A DNA stretch of 64,000 bases from the NCBI GenBank assembly GCA_023261815.1, contig JALNKA010000001.1, positions 147,548 to 211,547 on the forward strand, given 5' to 3'. Below, one piece after another: positions 61,397 through 64,000 of the stretch (its first letter is position 1; every line of letters starts with the position of its first letter). A program made the position numbers and the translations under genes. This DNA comes from Candidatus Wolframiiraptor sinensis. GTDB lineage: Archaea; Thermoproteota; Nitrososphaeria_A; Caldarchaeales; Wolframiiraptoraceae. Under the pieces are notes generated by a model, which worked only from the letters and a program-made list of their open reading frames with translations, made no database searches and was not told the origin of the DNA.

Positions 61397-62113
61397 CTAG
61401 TATGTTGATATTTTGTTTGCAACTTCTCTTAGGATTTTCATGGTTTCGTTGAGCATCTCTCTCGTCTCAACAGAATCCCTGTGAATAACTTCTAGCATCT
61501 CTCTAGTCTTCCTAGATTCTTCCATCAACATGTCTACGATCTTTGTGAGTTTTTCGGAAACATCCTTATACATTTCTATAAGAGCCCTGAGGTTATTGTC
61601 TGTTCTTTTAGCGAAGTCTCTAAATTCTTCTTCGAAGTCTCTGAATTCCTCTTCGAAGTTTCTAAATTCCTGCCTATAATCTTTAAATTCTTGCCTGTAA
61701 TCTCTAAATTCTTGTCTATAATCTCTAAATTCCTGCCTATAATTTTTAAATTCCTGCCTATAATCTCTGAATTCCGACCAATAGTCCATGAATATTGACT
61801 GCATCGCTCCGAAACCTTCCTGAAGCTCATCTACAAGTCTACCATAACGTATCTCGAAGAATTTCATTTTAGATCTAGGCTTGGCTTCTTTCTCTTCCAT
61901 TGTTTTTATGAATGCTGGAGGTGGGGGAGATTTAACAATCTCGATAAACTTAGCTACGGCTTCATCATCTCCTTGAACGAAGACTGTAACACTTCCATCC
62001 TTCTCATTCTTAACATATCCGGATAGACCTAAATCTTGAGCAGACTCCTGGACAAACCTCCTAAACCCAACCCTCTGCACTCTCCCATAAAATCTGAGCA
62101 AGAATGCTTTCAT
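61397..62113 (-). CDS. Acylphosphatase fused to a coiled coil with heptad repeats
   Basis: GRVQRVGFR, GYVKN..DGSV; EFRDYRQ-type repeats. Confidence 0.88.
   Translation of the reverse strand: MKAFLLRFYGRVQRVGFRRFVQESAQDLGLSGYVKNEKDGSVTVFVQGDDEAVAKFIEIVKSPPPPAFIKTMEEKEAKPRSKMKFFEIRYGRLVDELQEGFGAMQSIFMDYWSEFRDYRQEFKNYRQEFRDYRQEFRDYRQEFKDYRQEFRNFEEEFRDFEEEFRDFAKRTDNNLRALIEMYKDVSEKLTKIVDMLMEESRKTREMLEVIHRDSVETREMLNETMKILREVANKISTY
61610..61774 (-). repeat. About eight 21-bp coding tandem repeats
   Basis: EFRDYRQ EFKNYRQ EFRDYRQ EFRDYRQ EFKDYRQ EFRNFEE EFRDFEE EFRDF. Confidence 0.85.
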
Positions 62114-62167
62114 AATCTAGAACCTAATCAAGTAACCAACATAAAAACTTTTAAAAATTAATAATCA

Positions 62168-62270
62168 GTGACACTACCCCATTTTTGAAAATGAGTCAAC
62201 ATATTGCCGGGTGAGTCAGGTGTTGAAATCCCATCTACGTCTCCTTGCTGAGCGTCGGCTCCCATTCAGT
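62168..62270 (-). mobile_element. Orphan IS200/IS605 right end / omegaRNA-like relic
   Basis: Minus strand ends in hairpin CTCATTTT-CA-AAAATGGG then GTAGTGTCAC, typical of IS605/IS1341 right ends; upstream WEPTLSKET* resembles a tnpB tail. Confidence 0.5.
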
Positions 62271-62497
62271 TAAGGTTACTCTAATAAATGATGAAGGAAA
62301 AGAAGTGACAACTGCCGAAGGTACGGTCATCTTTCCATAATGATAACATGGTAATCAATAATTCAAGAATACCGTAGATTATTTGACTTGGAGAAATTTC
62401 TATAGAGCAAAGTGCTAATCAACACCAGCCTGTCACAGGTGTAGCGCATGGGCTAATTCTATTAACTGCTTCCTTGATAACTTCAAGATTTTCCTCA

Positions 62498-62716
62498 TCA
62501 TTTCCCGGCTATTGTCAGCTCTAGGATTTGGTAGGCTAGGAGGCCTGCTATGAATAGGCCTATGCCTATGAACATCATGCTCACGGGAATGAGGGCTATG
62601 ATTTCTAGGCCTTGTGGAAGCTTTATGGAGTATGTTGATATGCCGTAAAGAATGAGTCCTCCTATGAGCGCTATCATTGCTCCGGCTATTGCCAGGCCGA
62701 TATTTCTCACGGCCAT
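62498..62716 (-). CDS. Small 2-TM membrane protein
   Basis: Two hydrophobic helices, 72 aa. Confidence 0.6.
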   Translation of the reverse strand: MAVRNIGLAIAGAMIALIGGLILYGISTYSIKLPQGLEIIALIPVSMMFIGIGLFIAGLLAYQILELTIAGK

Positions 62717-63061
62717 TATCTTACATCCGGCTATCTGGCTGAGGTTGTATACCTCGATCTCCTCTCTCGTTATGCCTTGAGCGGCAGAATATCAGCCTCC
62801 TATCCGTTACCACTATCTCGCTCTTCTGATAATAGTCGTAAGCGGAGAACCTGACAGCATCGCCTTCTAAGAGCCAGTCATCTAAAGCCATGGACATCAC
62901 AGGCATAGCGATCCACTTTCAATTTTTCGGGCACCTTTCCTCCGATAGCTTATAAGCAGAGGCCCCATTCTCGCCATTTTTGGCCACGGCATGAAATCCA
63001 TTTTCAGGAGGGTCTTGTAGGCATTTATCTGTGGCGGGTCTCAATAGGGGAGAGGAGGTCT

Positions 63062-63676
63062 TTAGAGGGCTCTATCCAGCCTTATTAGTTTTTGTGGCCA
63101 GCTTCTGTCCGCTAGAAGTTCATGCTTATCCTTTATCGCTTGTAGGATGGCTTTTACGAATCTCCAGAAGCTCGTGGGCGTGAAGCACAGCTCATCCACA
63201 CCATGTCTGTGGAATATCTGGACACTCATATACCGGTACACGTGTCTCGTAACAGATCTTGATGGAGTGTATCCATATATTCCATAACCATGCATCCCGT
63301 ATCCCATGACTGGCCCGCCCTCAACCTCAAGGTCTACGCGGGTTTCGGTCAAGAACTTCATGTCATCTATCTCGTTCCATCGAACGAATCTTTCATTGCC
63401 CAACAGGAGCCCGTCCTCGCGCACCTCAACCCTGGACGCCTCCCTATGCTTGAGGGAGGATATACGATAGATCATTAAAAAGCCGATTAATGCGCTAAGG
63501 GAGCCCAGGAGTGGCTTTATATCTATAAAATCGGAGGACATCAGCATAAGTCCCACAATTAATGTGAATATCCCAAGGAATATGACCATTATTAAAGCCA
63601 TAACCCTCATTATGTAAAATGACATTGCTTCGCGGGTTCTCAAGCAATCACTTTCCCTAAAGAGTATCCTAGTCAT
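63062..63676 (-). CDS. 2-TM membrane protein with PH-like soluble domain (tentative)
   Basis: Two TMs, then VEVREDGLLL...VRWNEI. Confidence 0.6.
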   Translation of the reverse strand: MTRILFRESDCLRTREAMSFYIMRVMALIMVIFLGIFTLIVGLMLMSSDFIDIKPLLGSLSALIGFLMIYRISSLKHREASRVEVREDGLLLGNERFVRWNEIDDMKFLTETRVDLEVEGGPVMGYGMHGYGIYGYTPSRSVTRHVYRYMSVQIFHRHGVDELCFTPTSFWRFVKAILQAIKDKHELLADRSWPQKLIRLDRAL

Positions 63677-63730
63677 TTGCTATTCAGTTACGATATCCTC
63701 GGTCATGAAGATAAGCCTTTTCTTAAGTAA

Positions 63731-64000
63731 GGGATCCCTAACATCCATCTCACCAATAGCGAGGAGAGAAAACGTGAGTTCAGGAGCCTGCTGAGTAGGG
63801 GTGCTATCGACAATCTTTCAGAGCTAGATTTCAGGCGTATAATTTCTTCGCTATGGGCTTATGTGGGGTGGATTAACAAAGATTATGTTGCAGATAGAAT
63901 CTTAAAAAGCACCGATTTCAATACTCTGAGATCGGAGCTTAAGAAACTGCTTTATGGTCACGACCCCCTAGCTGAACGCTATGATAGGTTTTTCGAGATA
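63731..64000 (+). pseudogene. Start-less open frame running off the right edge, possibly restriction-associated
   Basis: EERKREFRSLLSRGAIDNLSELDFRRIISSLWAYVGWINKDYVADRI...LKKLLYGHDPLAERYDRF. Confidence 0.35.

Noticed and set aside
1-64000. CRISPR array, rRNA or tRNA genes
   Set aside because: No regularly spaced 24-40 bp repeats with unique spacers and no cloverleaf or rRNA signatures seen by eye; the tandem repeats found are in-frame coding heptads

Overview
Archaeal genomic window: TATA/BRE-type promoters, a PolB2 cassette, Thi4 and DPS-like ferritin suggest a thermophilic TACK lineage, possibly Aigarchaeota-like (inference). By eye the left ~27.7 kb is GC-richer and mostly core. It holds an EamA transporter, three DUF72 proteins, DPSL, an ornithine cyclodeaminase-like TIGR00300 protein, tungstate TupABC with a ModE-PBP regulator and visible operator, a radical SAM protein, an EndoIII-like glycosylase, an MFS transporter, a truncated dppD plus dppF, a stalked zincin, thi4 and a his operon lacking hisD/C/B/E. 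The right ~36 kb is AT-richer and accessory. It holds 8 VapBC and 3 HEPN-MNT modules plus relics, an ECF transporter, a UV/light-repair island (photolyase, UvdE, DUF523-DUF1722, Val-type Nei, TspO-like), a PolB2 cassette and an IS607-like tnpB element. The most notable observations are four. (1) A precise 1,195-bp inversion (46176-47370) whose reversal restores, in frame, both an EVE-like/PD-(D/E)xK nuclease junction and a vapB antitoxin with its promoter in front of vapC. (2) The UV/light island. (3) An unannotated 46-aa hydrophobic peptide gene facing a low-GC regulator, with a shared upstream motif. (4) A structured, possibly switch-like leader in front of hisG. Several frameshifts are single-base homopolymer indels and may be sequencing errors. 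No CRISPR array, rRNA or tRNA was recognised.
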